Part shown: positions 9,808 through 19,313 of the stretch, piece by piece | How the letters are laid out: each line of letters begins with the position of its first letter | How positions within the stretch are numbered: the first letter of the stretch is position 1 | Assembly: GCA_965222075.1 (NCBI GenBank) | Contig: OZ244937.1 | Location: forward strand, 2,688,001 to 2,752,000 | Direction: 5' to 3' | Length of the DNA: 64,000 bases | Source of the DNA: Candidatus Latescibacterota bacterium | Lineage (GTDB): Bacteria; Latescibacterota; UBA2968; GCA-2709665 | Notes under the pieces: generated by a model | What the model was told of the DNA's origin: nothing | Databases searched by the model: none | The model's input: the letters and a program-made list of their open reading frames with translations, nothing else | Made by a program: the position numbers and the translations under genes

Positions 9808-10047
9808 TGGACTTGACCCGATTTGGGTGGACACCCATCTTCTTGTTATCTTGTTGAGGAGAAAGGAGGTTCATCATGCCTCAGACGCATCCACCGTATC
9901 CGCCGGAGTTTCGGCCTGCCTGTGCGTGGCACGTAGCCAGGTGGCGCACCCCGCATACATGGACTTGACCCGATTTGGTAGACAACTTATCTCTTTTAGA
10001 GAAAAGAGTCCACAATGAAAAAATCATATCCAGCAGCATTTCGCTAG
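9808..10047 (+). mobile_element. Two tandem IS3-family left-end remnants
   Basis: TGGACTTGACCCGATTTGG at 9808 and 9960, each followed by a truncated OrfA start (MPQTHPPYPPEFR at 9876; MKKSYPAAFR-stop at 10015). Confidence 0.65.
9915..9941. repeat. CCTGCCTG-type micro-palindrome, copy 1 (27 bp)
   Basis: CCTGCCTGTGCGTGGCACGTAGCCAGG directly after IS3 OrfA codons ...PEFR. Confidence 0.75.
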
Positions 10048-10090
10048 AAACTGAATATGCTCAGACCTATCCACAACATTTCACAGAACG

Positions 10091-10642
10091 TCACTCGTAA
10101 CGAATAATCTGCTTAATGTCGCCGTGAGTCTGAGTTGGTCGTTCAGGCCCGTGAAATAATGTGGTCGCCAGTTTCGTAGAGTATCCTCGTTCGCCCCAAA
10201 TTGCCCAGATCAACGAGCAATCATTCTTTTTTAGGTAGTCCTGAAGCAGATTTTCTCGCATGAAGAATATATGCTGATAATTGTTATAGTCATCACCTTG
10301 ATCCGAGATACCAAGGGTTGCCCTAACGCCATCTGCTGTAAAAAAATCAAACTCTTGGGGACGGTTAATTAGATCAAGATCCTTTGCAATCTCCTTAGCT
10401 AACGTCACTGCGTGGCCTGCATCACTCGCCGCGCTTTGATACCCCTCCCACCCGAAATCACACACTGGAATTAACGCTTTAAATGTGGCAAATTCTTGCT
10501 CCATCTCTTCCTCTTCATAAGGAATTTCACGAACTTCGATCTTTGCCCAGTCATCATCCGTAAGTCGCTCATCTTCATTCTTATGAGGTTGAAAAAGGTG
10601 ATCAGGACACGTTAGATTATCCTTCAAATGGGTAACCCTCAA
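10091..10642 (-). pseudogene. C-terminal fragment of a large, probably NTPase-type, accessory protein
   Basis: Low GC; no good start; MRENLLQDYLKKNDCSLIWAIWGER resembles termini of large STAND/ATP-binding proteins (from memory). Confidence 0.4.
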
Positions 10643-10742
10643 AGAGGAGGATAATCATGGAAACGTTCGCCCTGCTCGAAGCAGTATTATACCGCTTTCG
10701 AGACCTGTTCGGTAGTCAAAACTTCGCGCTATTTTGTGCCTA

Positions 10743-10767
10743 CCTGCCTGTGCAGATGGCAGACAGG
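10743..10767. repeat. CCTGCCTG-type micro-palindrome, copy 2 (25 bp)
   Basis: CCTGCCTGTGCAGATGGCAGACAGG, non-coding. Confidence 0.75.
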
Positions 10768-10810
10768 TGTGGGGGGCGTGATAATCTGCAGTGGCCCTCA
10801 CACCGTCTCA

Positions 10811-11015
10811 GAAGCTGTCTTAAACCCCACGTCGGGCCGCTTTGCGGGGCTGTCGCCCTAGCGTCAAGCGATTCTCGAGGGCGAGACGCCCGCGTTCCAA
10901 GGGGTATTACGGCCTTGTACGACCATACCCTACCCCAACATGCGGGCGAGACGCCCGCGTTCCCGGGTGCTTTGATCCGCTTGAGGGACCCAACCCGGAA
11001 TTTTGAGACAGCTTC
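10811..11015. mobile_element. MITE with IS5-type ends (205 bp) carrying REP-like hairpins
   Basis: TIRs GAAGCTGTCTTAAA / TTTTGAGACAGCTTC with TCA on both flanks; two internal copies of GGGCGAGACGCCCGCGTTCC. Confidence 0.75.
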
Positions 11016-11290
11016 TCAGAGCGACACCAGCTCGCCCATTGCCGACCGTAAATCCGCACGCTTGACAACACCTGCTCTGTTTCGGTACATTTCCGGTCCT
11101 GAGCGGTATCGGTACCCATCCTGAATGCCCTCCCGATATGGCTCGAATGTAGCCACAGTGATCTGCCATGTCAAGGACAATGCCGGCACAGGCGAGCGTT
11201 CGCCCTATTCGACCCGAACACTTACCGCAGACCGTCTGATCGACATGGTCAAACCTGGATGTTCCACAGACGGAGGACTGGAGACAGAAC

Positions 11291-12055
11291 ATGGCAGAGA
11301 AAGAATCGGACCCCTGCGTGCTCGACCGCATCCGCATCGTCCTGGTTGAGCCGAAAGCGCCCGGCAACGTCGGGTCTGTGGCCCGGGCCATGAAAAACAT
11401 GGGTCTCTCCCGGCTCTACCTGGTCAATCCCCCGGACCACAAATCGGGAGACGCCCGGAAAATGGCCCACGGATCGGGAGACGTCCTCTACGGCGCTACC
11501 GTGACCGAAACCCTCGAAGCTGCTCTGGCCGGAACCGTCCTGGCCGTGGGCACCACCCACAGAAGGCGCCAGAACATGGACCTCATGTACGGCCCCAAGG
11601 AGGCCGTCCGGCGCCTCACCTCCCTTCCCGGCGGCACCGAGGGCGCCCTCGTCTTTGGCCGGGAGGAAAACGGCCTCACCAACGACGAACTCCAGCTCTG
11701 CCAGCTCGTCGCCAGGATCCCCACCGCACATGCCTACCCCTCCCTCAACCTCGCCCAGGCTGCGCTCATCTTCGCCTACGAACTCTACCGGGCGGCCAAC
11801 AACCCGGCGCAGACCCCGCAGCTCGACCTCGCCTCCTTTGAAGAGATCGAATGCATGTACGCCCACATCGCCTCGGCCCTGGACAAACTCGGCTTCGTCC
11901 CCCGTCACCGTCCCGAGACCTTCCTGCGCGCCCTGCGTCGGCTCTTCGGGCGCATCCCCCTCGAACGGCGAGACACCGCCACTGTACACAAAATCTTCCG
12001 TCAGATCGACAAGTTCGTCGCCCGCCACGAAGATCAGGTCGAAAAGGGCACTTGA
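11291..12055 (+). CDS. trmJ: SPOUT RNA methyltransferase, TrmJ/LasT family
   Basis: IVLVEP..PGNVGSVARAMKNMG, VFGREENGLTNDEL, YPSLNLAQA. Confidence 0.85.
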   Translation: MAEKESDPCVLDRIRIVLVEPKAPGNVGSVARAMKNMGLSRLYLVNPPDHKSGDARKMAHGSGDVLYGATVTETLEAALAGTVLAVGTTHRRRQNMDLMYGPKEAVRRLTSLPGGTEGALVFGREENGLTNDELQLCQLVARIPTAHAYPSLNLAQAALIFAYELYRAANNPAQTPQLDLASFEEIECMYAHIASALDKLGFVPRHRPETFLRALRRLFGRIPLERRDTATVHKIFRQIDKFVARHEDQVEKGT

Positions 12056-12101
12056 GGGATTGCACGGTGACCGGGGCATGGGGGCTCAACATAAAAAAAC
12101 A

Positions 12102-12127
12102 GGGCGCACACGCAGGTGCGCCCCTAC
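12102..12127 (-). repeat. GTAG-family REP palindrome
   Basis: Reverse strand GTAGGGGCGCACCTGCGTGTGCGCCC, between convergent genes; relatives at 12839-12863 and partial copies near 7491-7502 and 5831-5842. Confidence 0.7.
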
Positions 12128-12149
12128 GACCCCCCACCCCTTCCTTCTC

Positions 12150-12683
12150 TTACGCTGCCGACCCCGGCCGCCGCATCTCCACCCCTTCCTTCTCAAGGAT
12201 GTTCACCACCTTTGGAACAGGACACTGAAACCGCTCGGCGATCTGGTCCAGCGTTTGCCCCTCCTCGCGGTAGAGACGCACCATCTCACCCCTGGAAAGC
12301 ACCGCCTGATACCCCTTGTTCCCCTTTAAACCCGCGTGTTTAGTCACCTGAATATCCCCCGTCACCTCCATCTGGCAGGCGAGACGCAGGTTGCCTTTAA
12401 GCAGGAGAAAGCGGAGCTTCTCCTTGGCCCGCTTGACCGTCCCGCCTTTCTGGGGAACAACCTCGACTGTGCAGGTACCGCACAATCCATGCCCCTCGCA
12501 GTTAAAAAATCGGGACATCCCGTTGTAGAGATCAATATCGTTCTCAATGGCCAGTTCTCTGAGGTTGGTATGGGGCTTGCACCCCACCGTCCTGTTCCAG
12601 TTTGTAAAGGTCACCTTATGGCTCGTCTTTCGCTCCGGAAGGCGGAGGATAGGGGTCGGCATGGGCGTCTCCTGCTCTGGCAT
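12150..12683 (-). CDS. 2Fe-2S ferredoxin-domain protein with C-terminal helix-turn-helix
   Basis: C-x4-C-x2-C (CEGHGLCGTC) plus RLACQ; C-terminal LYREEGQTLDQIAERFQCPVPKVVNIL. Confidence 0.8.
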   Translation of the reverse strand: MPEQETPMPTPILRLPERKTSHKVTFTNWNRTVGCKPHTNLRELAIENDIDLYNGMSRFFNCEGHGLCGTCTVEVVPQKGGTVKRAKEKLRFLLLKGNLRLACQMEVTGDIQVTKHAGLKGNKGYQAVLSRGEMVRLYREEGQTLDQIAERFQCPVPKVVNILEKEGVEMRRPGSAA

Positions 12684-12838
12684 AGGGTTGTAAACAATCG
12701 TCGGCGCTCCACTGGAGCCGCTAAAAGGTAAAAATTTTTACCTCCAAAAACAAGGAGAAACCGGAGGTTCTTCGGGCCTTCAAGAAATCGTCTGAAAAGT
12801 ATTGCCAAAAGAGATAATTTATCCGTATATTGGGTGCC

Positions 12839-12863
12839 GGGCGAGGCAGCGCCTCGCCCCTAC
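12839..12863 (-). repeat. GTAG-family REP palindrome
   Basis: Reverse strand GTAGGGGCGAGGCGCTGCCTCGCCC. Confidence 0.65.
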
Positions 12864-12901
12864 GGTTGATTGCTGGTGCAAAGTCAGCCAAGGAGAACGC
12901 T

Positions 12902-13381
12902 TTGACCCGAACCTACAGGCCTTCAGACCTCGACACGCTCCGGGAAATTACACGCATCTGCTTCGACGGCATCTCCATCGACCAGCGCATCGAAAACGCC
13001 TTCGGCAGGATCGGCGAAACCGACTGGCGCTGGCGAAAGGCCAGCCACATTGACGTAGACGCCCGGGCCAACCCCGAAGGCATCTTTGTGTACGAAGAAA
13101 ATGGAACAGTCGCCGGCTATATTACCACCCGTATTGACCCCGACACCCGGATCGGCTCCATCCCCAACCTGGCCGTACTCCCACAACATCAGGGCAAGGG
13201 CATCGGCAAAGCCCTCATGGCCGCTGCGCTTGACTACTTTGAAACCAGCGGAATGGTCCTGGCAAGAATCGAGACCCTGGATCAAAATGAAATCGGCACC
13301 ATATTCTATCCCCGAACGGGCTTCCAGGAAGTCGCCCGGCAAATCCACTACGCCATGCCCCTTAAAAACCGAAAACTCTGA
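12902..13381 (+). CDS. GNAT family N-acetyltransferase
   Basis: NLAVLPQHQGKGIGKALM, FYPRTGF; AAGGAG before TTG 12902. Confidence 0.88.
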   Translation: MTRTYRPSDLDTLREITRICFDGISIDQRIENAFGRIGETDWRWRKASHIDVDARANPEGIFVYEENGTVAGYITTRIDPDTRIGSIPNLAVLPQHQGKGIGKALMAAALDYFETSGMVLARIETLDQNEIGTIFYPRTGFQEVARQIHYAMPLKNRKL

Positions 13382-13409
13382 CTGCCCGGCATCGTTTTGG
13401 GGAGGGGTG

Positions 13410-14207
13410 TCAATCTTCAACCTTCAATCTATAGACCTGCGGAAAACGTCTCCCCTCCATCACCTCTCCATCCCTCACCTCCACAAACGGCTTCATCACA
13501 TGCTCGCCGCTGGCCACGAACCGGGTCTCCTGGGTCATAAAATGGATTGCAATCGCCCGCCGGGGCCGGATGCTGGTATTGGCGTGCGACGCATGCCAGG
13601 TCAGCGCATGGTGGTAATGCACCTCTCCCTTCCGGACCGGACACCGCACCACCTCCACCGCGTGCCCGTCGAATTCGGACGGCATGTCTTCAAAGTCCTC
13701 CAGCCCGCTGAGAAAGTCGATCCGATTCCCCCATCTGTGTGACCCCGGCACCATGCTCATACAGCCGTTGGCCTCATCCACGTCATCTAAGGCAACCCAC
13801 GCACTCACCTCAGTCATCGGCGCCAGAATCGGCCACAGCGGCGCGTCCTGGTGCCACGTGGTTACGCCCCCCACCTCGGCCGGTTTGTACTGGATCTGGT
13901 CGTGCCAGACCCGCAGCTCGGTCGCCCCTGTCAGCTGCGCCATCTCCTCCACGACCTTCTGTTCAAAGATCAGTGTCCGGTACGGCTCGCTCGCCTCCCA
14001 GATATTCACAACCTGCCAGACCGGCGTCCCGGAATCCCGGTTCAGGTTCCGGAGCAGAACCGGCTGGGGGACATCCGGTTTGTCTTTGTCCTCGATCACT
14101 CGCGCCAGTCCCTCCCGCAGCGCCTCCACCCGATCGTCGTCCAGCAGGCGCCCCCCGTTGAGAAACCCCCTGGCATGGAATTCCGCGACCTGCGCCTCGG
14201 TCAACAT
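13410..14207 (-). CDS. Phytanoyl-CoA dioxygenase (PhyH) family protein
   Basis: WHQD, SAWVALDD...NGCMSMVPGSH, HHALTWHAS..N...RRAIA; GAGGAG before ATG 14207. Confidence 0.9.
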   Translation of the reverse strand: MLTEAQVAEFHARGFLNGGRLLDDDRVEALREGLARVIEDKDKPDVPQPVLLRNLNRDSGTPVWQVVNIWEASEPYRTLIFEQKVVEEMAQLTGATELRVWHDQIQYKPAEVGGVTTWHQDAPLWPILAPMTEVSAWVALDDVDEANGCMSMVPGSHRWGNRIDFLSGLEDFEDMPSEFDGHAVEVVRCPVRKGEVHYHHALTWHASHANTSIRPRRAIAIHFMTQETRFVASGEHVMKPFVEVRDGEVMEGRRFPQVYRLKVED

Positions 14208-14262
14208 CAATAACTCCTCTTCGAAGAACTTTTTTCCAGTATTGCGCATCTTCTGATAAGCC

Positions 14263-14940
14263 TCACCCATGGTTCCGGTCCAGCTTCCGCTTCAGGGCCT
14301 GTAGCTCCTTCTCTACCCGCTTCTTCTGCTCCAGCTTTTCGAAGGCCTCATCCAGCATCGGGTTCGATCCGGCCACCTCCTCGTAGACCTCCGCCGCGGC
14401 CTCCTCGCCAGCCACCTCCTGGCAGAACCCCTCAAACCGCTCAAAAACGTCGGTTCTCACCCCCACAGGATGCCGCACAACGCCCCTCCGACCCTGCGCA
14501 ACCCGGCAGCGGGCCACGAGCGTCCGCTGGCGCGCCCGCGCCTCATCCAGTTTCGACTTGAACTGAGCCAGCTGCTGCTTGAGCTGCGCCGTAACCTGCC
14601 GGGCCTCCTCTAAGGCCGCTTCTAAGTCCTGCGCCGCCCCCATCGCCGTCGCCTTCTGATGCAACGCCTGCCGGGCCAGGTCGTCCTCTCCCGCCTCAAC
14701 GGCCTGAGCCGCCTTCATCTCCCAGGCCTCCTCCGCCGCCTGCACTTCCCGCAGCCGCCGTTCCAGCAGCTTCTCGTTGCCTATCGCCCTGCCCACCGTT
14801 GCAACCGCCTCCTCCACCGCCTCCTCCATCTCTAAAATCATCTGCCAAATCAGCTTCCCCGGGTCCTCCATCCGGCTCAGCAGATCGTCGATATCGGCCT
14901 TGATAATGTCGGCCACCCGTGATAGGGCTCCTTTCGCCAT
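14263..14940 (-). CDS. pspA: PspA/IM30 family protein
   Basis: RVADIIKADIDDLLSRMEDP, GEDDLARQAL; coiled coil; ELQALKRK terminus. Confidence 0.88.
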   Translation of the reverse strand: MAKGALSRVADIIKADIDDLLSRMEDPGKLIWQMILEMEEAVEEAVATVGRAIGNEKLLERRLREVQAAEEAWEMKAAQAVEAGEDDLARQALHQKATAMGAAQDLEAALEEARQVTAQLKQQLAQFKSKLDEARARQRTLVARCRVAQGRRGVVRHPVGVRTDVFERFEGFCQEVAGEEAAAEVYEEVAGSNPMLDEAFEKLEQKKRVEKELQALKRKLDRNHG

Positions 14941-15002
14941 GGTCTTCGCTCCTCAATTAAAGTGGGTGAAATGCCTTCTGTTCAATTTGCAACCTCTTCC
15001 CC

Positions 15003-15019
15003 ATACAAATGCTGTGCCA
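15003..15019 (-). promoter_or_regulatory. Putative sigma54 (-24/-12) promoter of pspA
   Basis: Reverse strand TGGCACAGCATTTGTA (GG-N10-GT instead of GC); AT-rich tract upstream; pspA is sigma54-dependent in enterobacteria. Confidence 0.45.
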
Positions 15020-15215
15020 GAAAACCCAAAGAGGCCGAATATCGGCTAACACATTATTTTATTTAATACTTAAAATATTCTCTATAAAAATAACCGCCTG
15101 AGAAATTGGTAAAAACCACCAACACAGACGGCCAAATTCACCTCATGCCCCTCGCCTGACATATCGCGCAGGCATAAAATCACACGATTGGCGAGGTCTA
15201 AGTAGATACCCGAAG

Positions 15216-16343
15216 TTACGGCGCAGCGGCCGTCCTGGGCGCCGACAGGGACCGCACCTCGTGGGCCGGTTTGCCTCCAGACCGGCGCACCTGGATCAGT
15301 TCGGCCACAATGCTCACCGCGATCTCCTCCGGGTTGTCCGCCCCGATGTCCAGCCCAAGGGGCGCATGCACCTCCTCTAAGCGCTCTCGGGGGATGCCCT
15401 TCTCCTCTAACTCCTTCCACATCAGCGCAATCTTGCGCCGGCTGCCGATCATCCCGACGTAGGCCGCGTTTGTCACCACGGCCTGCTCGACCACGGGCTT
15501 GTCGTGCTGGTGCCCCCGGGTCACCGCCAGAACATAGGAAAGGCTGTCGATTGCCAGGTGCTCAAACGCCGTCTCCATCTCCAGCGTAAGCGTCTCATCG
15601 GCCATCGGGAACCGCTCCCGGTTGGCAAACATCGGCCGGTCGTCGATCACCACAATGCGGAACCCGACCGTATGGGCGATCCGGGCAATGGCAAAGGAGA
15701 CGTGCCCGCCGCCAAACAGGTAAAGCGTCGGCTCCGGACAAATCGACTCTAAGAAAATCTTGAGCGCCTCCCGGTCCTCCGCTGCCTCACCCTCCAGATC
15801 GATCACCTTCAACAGGTCCTCCGGAATCGAGTCCATCCCCTCTATCTCCGCCAGCACCGCCGCATCCGCCTCCGGGCAGCCCAGCGTGCCCAGCGTCGTG
15901 CGGTCTGCGCGCACCAGCAGCTTGGCGCTCTGTGAGGCCTTATCTCCCCCCGACACCAGCGTGGCCAGCACCCCCGACCCCCGCTCCGCCCGAATCTTCG
16001 CAATCTCCCTCAGGACCTCTTCTGGCCCTCCGGCATAGAGGGGCTCCGTGAAGATCTCCACGTTCCCGCCGCAGTTCAGCCCGTCCTCTCCTGCGTGCTC
16101 CTCCGTCAGAATAAACCGCTGAAGCGTCGGCTCTCCCGTCTCCATCACCTGCCGCGCCTCTGCCCACACATCCGCCTCTAAGCACCCGCCGCCCACCGTC
16201 CCCACAATCTTACCGTCGGGTCGCACCAGCATCTTCGCCTTCTTGCTCATCGGCAGCGACCCCTTGCTCGCCACAATCGTCGAAAGCACGGCCTTTTGCC
16301 CCTCCGAGATCAGGTCCAGCGCCTCTGTAAACACATCTGCCAT
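15216..16343 (-). CDS. xdhC: XdhC/CoxI family molybdenum-cofactor maturation factor
   Basis: GTVGGGCLE, CGGNVEIF, FGGGHV, TRGHQHD, YVGMIGSRRK, APLGLDIGADNPEEIAVSI. Confidence 0.9.
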   Translation of the reverse strand: MADVFTEALDLISEGQKAVLSTIVASKGSLPMSKKAKMLVRPDGKIVGTVGGGCLEADVWAEARQVMETGEPTLQRFILTEEHAGEDGLNCGGNVEIFTEPLYAGGPEEVLREIAKIRAERGSGVLATLVSGGDKASQSAKLLVRADRTTLGTLGCPEADAAVLAEIEGMDSIPEDLLKVIDLEGEAAEDREALKIFLESICPEPTLYLFGGGHVSFAIARIAHTVGFRIVVIDDRPMFANRERFPMADETLTLEMETAFEHLAIDSLSYVLAVTRGHQHDKPVVEQAVVTNAAYVGMIGSRRKIALMWKELEEKGIPRERLEEVHAPLGLDIGADNPEEIAVSIVAELIQVRRSGGKPAHEVRSLSAPRTAAAP

Positions 16344-16391
16344 CCAGACACCCCCTTCACTTGCGGATTTAAAATCTTCTATTCCGATGTC

Positions 16392-17546
16392 TTATCGCCA
16401 CACCGACCGCAATGTCTTGGCCAACTGTATTAAGCTCTCTAAGTTGTGTGCGGGTAAAAAATAGTCCAGATACGGCAGGGCCGTCTTCATGCCCAGGCAG
16501 AGCGGCTGGTAGCCCGGGCTCCCCAGGAGAGGGTTGAGCCAGACCAGCTTATGTACGCGCCGCCGGAGCCGCTCCATCTCCAGCCGCATCAGCCCCGCAT
16601 CCCCCCGGTCCCACCCGTCGCTTACAACAATCATCACCGTCTTGGACTTGAGCATATCGCGGGCAAACCGGTCGTTGAACTCCCGCAGACACCTCCCGAT
16701 GTCCGTTCCCCCCGCCCAGTCGTGCACCGTCTCCGATACCTCCTCCAGCGACTCCTCCACCCCCTTGGTCTTCAGCAGCCGCGAAATTGGCGTCATCCGG
16801 GTGGAAAACACCCCCACCTCCACATCCCGGATCTCCCGCTTCAGCGCGTAGATAAACTGGATCAGAAACTGGCTGTAGCAGTCCATTGACCCGCTCACAT
16901 CGCACAGCAGCATCAACTTCGCCTTCTTGATACGCCGCCGCCGCATGGCCAGTTCTACCCCGTCCCGACCGTAGACCGCGTTGCGCCGCCAGGTCCTCCG
17001 AAAGTCGATTTCCGCCCCCCGTTTTTCGGGCACCCGCCGCCGGCTGCGCCGGTTGGCAATAATATTCACAATCTCCGCAATCACCCGCCTGGCCTGCTCG
17101 ATCTCCTTGTCCGACATCGCGGCCAGGTCCTTCTGCATCAGCGCCTCGTCGGGGCTGTAGCCCACCTCCTCCGACTCCCCCTCCCCGTTGGCGTCTTCCT
17201 CCCCCCGGTCCACCGTCTCGACGCGTTCGTTCAGTTCGTCCAAGAGGTCCAGATTCGGGTCTTCCCCCTCCTCCTCGGACAGTTCCACCTCCGGCGTGTG
17301 GACGGGCATATCCCAGAACGCCAGGAACACCCGGTCGAACGTCTCTAAGTCGTCGTAGCGTGAGACCAGCGTCGCCCGGGCCGCCGCGTAAAAATCCCGG
17401 CGGTCGCTCACATCCACAAACTGGAAGCTCTGGCACAGGTCGAGCAGGTTGCCCGAATTCACCTCCACCCCGGCCCGGTGCAGCGACCGGGAAAACGCCA
17501 CCACCTGCCCCATCATGCTCCGGTCTCTTACCATCTGCTCACCCAA
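16392..17546 (-). CDS. VWA domain protein, CoxE-like
   Basis: MIDAS DVSGSM, WAGGTDIG, VSDGWDRGD, WLNPL. Confidence 0.88.
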   Translation of the reverse strand: MGEQMVRDRSMMGQVVAFSRSLHRAGVEVNSGNLLDLCQSFQFVDVSDRRDFYAAARATLVSRYDDLETFDRVFLAFWDMPVHTPEVELSEEEGEDPNLDLLDELNERVETVDRGEEDANGEGESEEVGYSPDEALMQKDLAAMSDKEIEQARRVIAEIVNIIANRRSRRRVPEKRGAEIDFRRTWRRNAVYGRDGVELAMRRRRIKKAKLMLLCDVSGSMDCYSQFLIQFIYALKREIRDVEVGVFSTRMTPISRLLKTKGVEESLEEVSETVHDWAGGTDIGRCLREFNDRFARDMLKSKTVMIVVSDGWDRGDAGLMRLEMERLRRRVHKLVWLNPLLGSPGYQPLCLGMKTALPYLDYFLPAHNLESLIQLAKTLRSVWR

Positions 17547-17549
17547 TCT

Positions 17550-18485
17550 TCAATCTTCAATCTCTACCGGCCTCGATACCCTTTTCTCAGCCCGCTCCTT
17601 CAGCATCCTGGCCTTCTCGATAATCTGAGGCAGGCCGTCCTTCTGGAGATTCTCAATATCTTCCTTGTACTTTAAAATACACCCGATCGTTGTGTCCACC
17701 GTCGGCGGGTCCAGCTCTTCGATATTCAGCGCCATCAGAGCCAGCGCCCAGTCGATCGTCTCGGCAATGCCGGGGCGCTTGTAGAAATCCCGGGTACGCA
17801 TCAACTGCATAAATCCGCAGACCTGCCGGGCCAGCTCCTCCTGGATGCCCGGCACCCGCGAATCCACGATATTCATCTCCTTCTCGAATGTCGGATAGTC
17901 GATCCAGAGGTAAAGACACCGCCGCTTCAACGCGTCGTGCAGCTCCCGCGTCCGGTTGGACGTCAGAACGACGAAGGGGATCTCCTTTGCTCCTACCGTG
18001 CCGATCTCCGGGATCGTAATCTGAAAATCGGACAGGACCTCTAAGAGGAAAGCCTCGAATTCTTCGTCACACCGGTCCACCTCATCAATCAGCAGAACCG
18101 GCGCCGTCCGCCCATCGCTCTGGATGGCCTGCAGCAGCGGACGCTTGAGCAGAAACTCCTCGCCGAAGATATTCCGCCCGATCTCCTCCTTCGCAATCCC
18201 CCGGGCCTCTTCCAGGCGCAGCTCCAGCATCTGCCTGGGGTAGTTCCACTCATAAAGCGCGGTATTCGCATCCAACCCTTCGTAACACTGCAGCCGGATC
18301 AGATCCGTCTTCAGGATCTCCGCCATCACCTTGGCCACTTCGGTCTTGCCAACCCCGGGTTCCCCCTCCAGAAAGATCGGTTTCCCCAAAGACATGGCCA
18401 GATATACCGTTGTGGCCAGTGTCCGGTCTGCAATGTACCCCTGCTCGGCGAACTTCGGCTCGACCTCCTCGATGGATTTAAACAT
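17550..18485 (-). CDS. MoxR-family AAA+ ATPase, CoxD-like
   Basis: EGEPGVGKT, RLQCYEG, LIDEVDR, TSNRTRELHDALKRRC. Confidence 0.9.
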   Translation of the reverse strand: MFKSIEEVEPKFAEQGYIADRTLATTVYLAMSLGKPIFLEGEPGVGKTEVAKVMAEILKTDLIRLQCYEGLDANTALYEWNYPRQMLELRLEEARGIAKEEIGRNIFGEEFLLKRPLLQAIQSDGRTAPVLLIDEVDRCDEEFEAFLLEVLSDFQITIPEIGTVGAKEIPFVVLTSNRTRELHDALKRRCLYLWIDYPTFEKEMNIVDSRVPGIQEELARQVCGFMQLMRTRDFYKRPGIAETIDWALALMALNIEELDPPTVDTTIGCILKYKEDIENLQKDGLPQIIEKARMLKERAEKRVSRPVEIED

Positions 18486-18588
18486 GATCTGTCCTGTTCG
18501 TCCTTTCTGAAGCTCAGAGATTCAACAATTCACCACAGGCGTGATTCGTTTTCTCGATACGCAATACACGATACACAATGTTGGTCTT

Positions 18589-18616
18589 TCTCTGCGTTCT
18601 GCGCGTCTCTGCGGTT
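18589..18616. repeat. CGCAGAG-type intergenic repeat
   Basis: TCTCTGCGTTCTGCGCGTCTCTGCGG; related reverse-complement CCGCAGAGACGCAGAG at 57-72. Confidence 0.45.
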
Positions 18617-19137
18617 CAAGTACATCGTTCCACCCACGCCCTGAGCGCATCGGCCGTACTCTGGAAAGCCAGATCCTCCCACGGAATCTCCGGGAGGGGA
18701 AAGGTCTGCACCTCCTGTGTCTCGGCATTCCCCCGGAGCGTCCCGCCCACGACCTGCCCCGTGTAGACGATTAGCACCACAGGCACCCCAGAATAGGAAT
18801 AGACCCCCAGCAGGTCCTCCACAGCCACCTCCAGCCCCACCTCCTCCCGGGCCTCCCGGGCCGCAGCCACATCCGTCGGCTCCCCCCGGTCCACGTATCC
18901 CCCGGGGAACACCCACTTCCCAATCGAAGGCTCGATCCCCCGCTTCAGCAGCACCACCTGCCCGTCCAGGGCCACAATCACGCCGGCAGCCACCTTCGGG
19001 TCCAGATACACGATAAACCCGCACGCCGGACAGGCCGGCAGTTCCTTTCCCTCAACCGGCCTCTGCTCAAGCGTATGCCCGCACCGTTCACAAAATCGGG
19101 TACCTGCCCCATGGATATGGGTTGCGATCTCGGCCAT
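18616..19137 (-). CDS. NUDIX hydrolase with N-terminal zinc ribbon
   Basis: CERC...CPAC; Nudix box GGYVDRGEPTDVAAAREAREEVG. Confidence 0.9.
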   Translation of the reverse strand: MAEIATHIHGAGTRFCERCGHTLEQRPVEGKELPACPACGFIVYLDPKVAAGVIVALDGQVVLLKRGIEPSIGKWVFPGGYVDRGEPTDVAAAREAREEVGLEVAVEDLLGVYSYSGVPVVLIVYTGQVVGGTLRGNAETQEVQTFPLPEIPWEDLAFQSTADALRAWVERCT

Positions 19138-19255
19138 CTCTGGACTCCGACCCCCCCGGAAAAGGAGATTCAAACCATTTAAATATACAGGTTTCTGACC
19201 CCAGGACAAGCCCTTTTTGGAGGCGCTTTGCGCCGGGAAACGCAGACTGCCACAC

Positions 19256-19292
19256 AAAAAACCGCAGACCCCGAAAACCCGGGGCCTGCGGC
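19256..19292 (-). terminator. Intrinsic terminator after phoU
   Basis: CCGCAGACCCCG / CGGGGCCTGCGG stem with an A-run on + (U-run on -). Confidence 0.65.
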
Positions 19293-19313
19293 TGGAGAAC
19301 GCCTCCCCTCATC

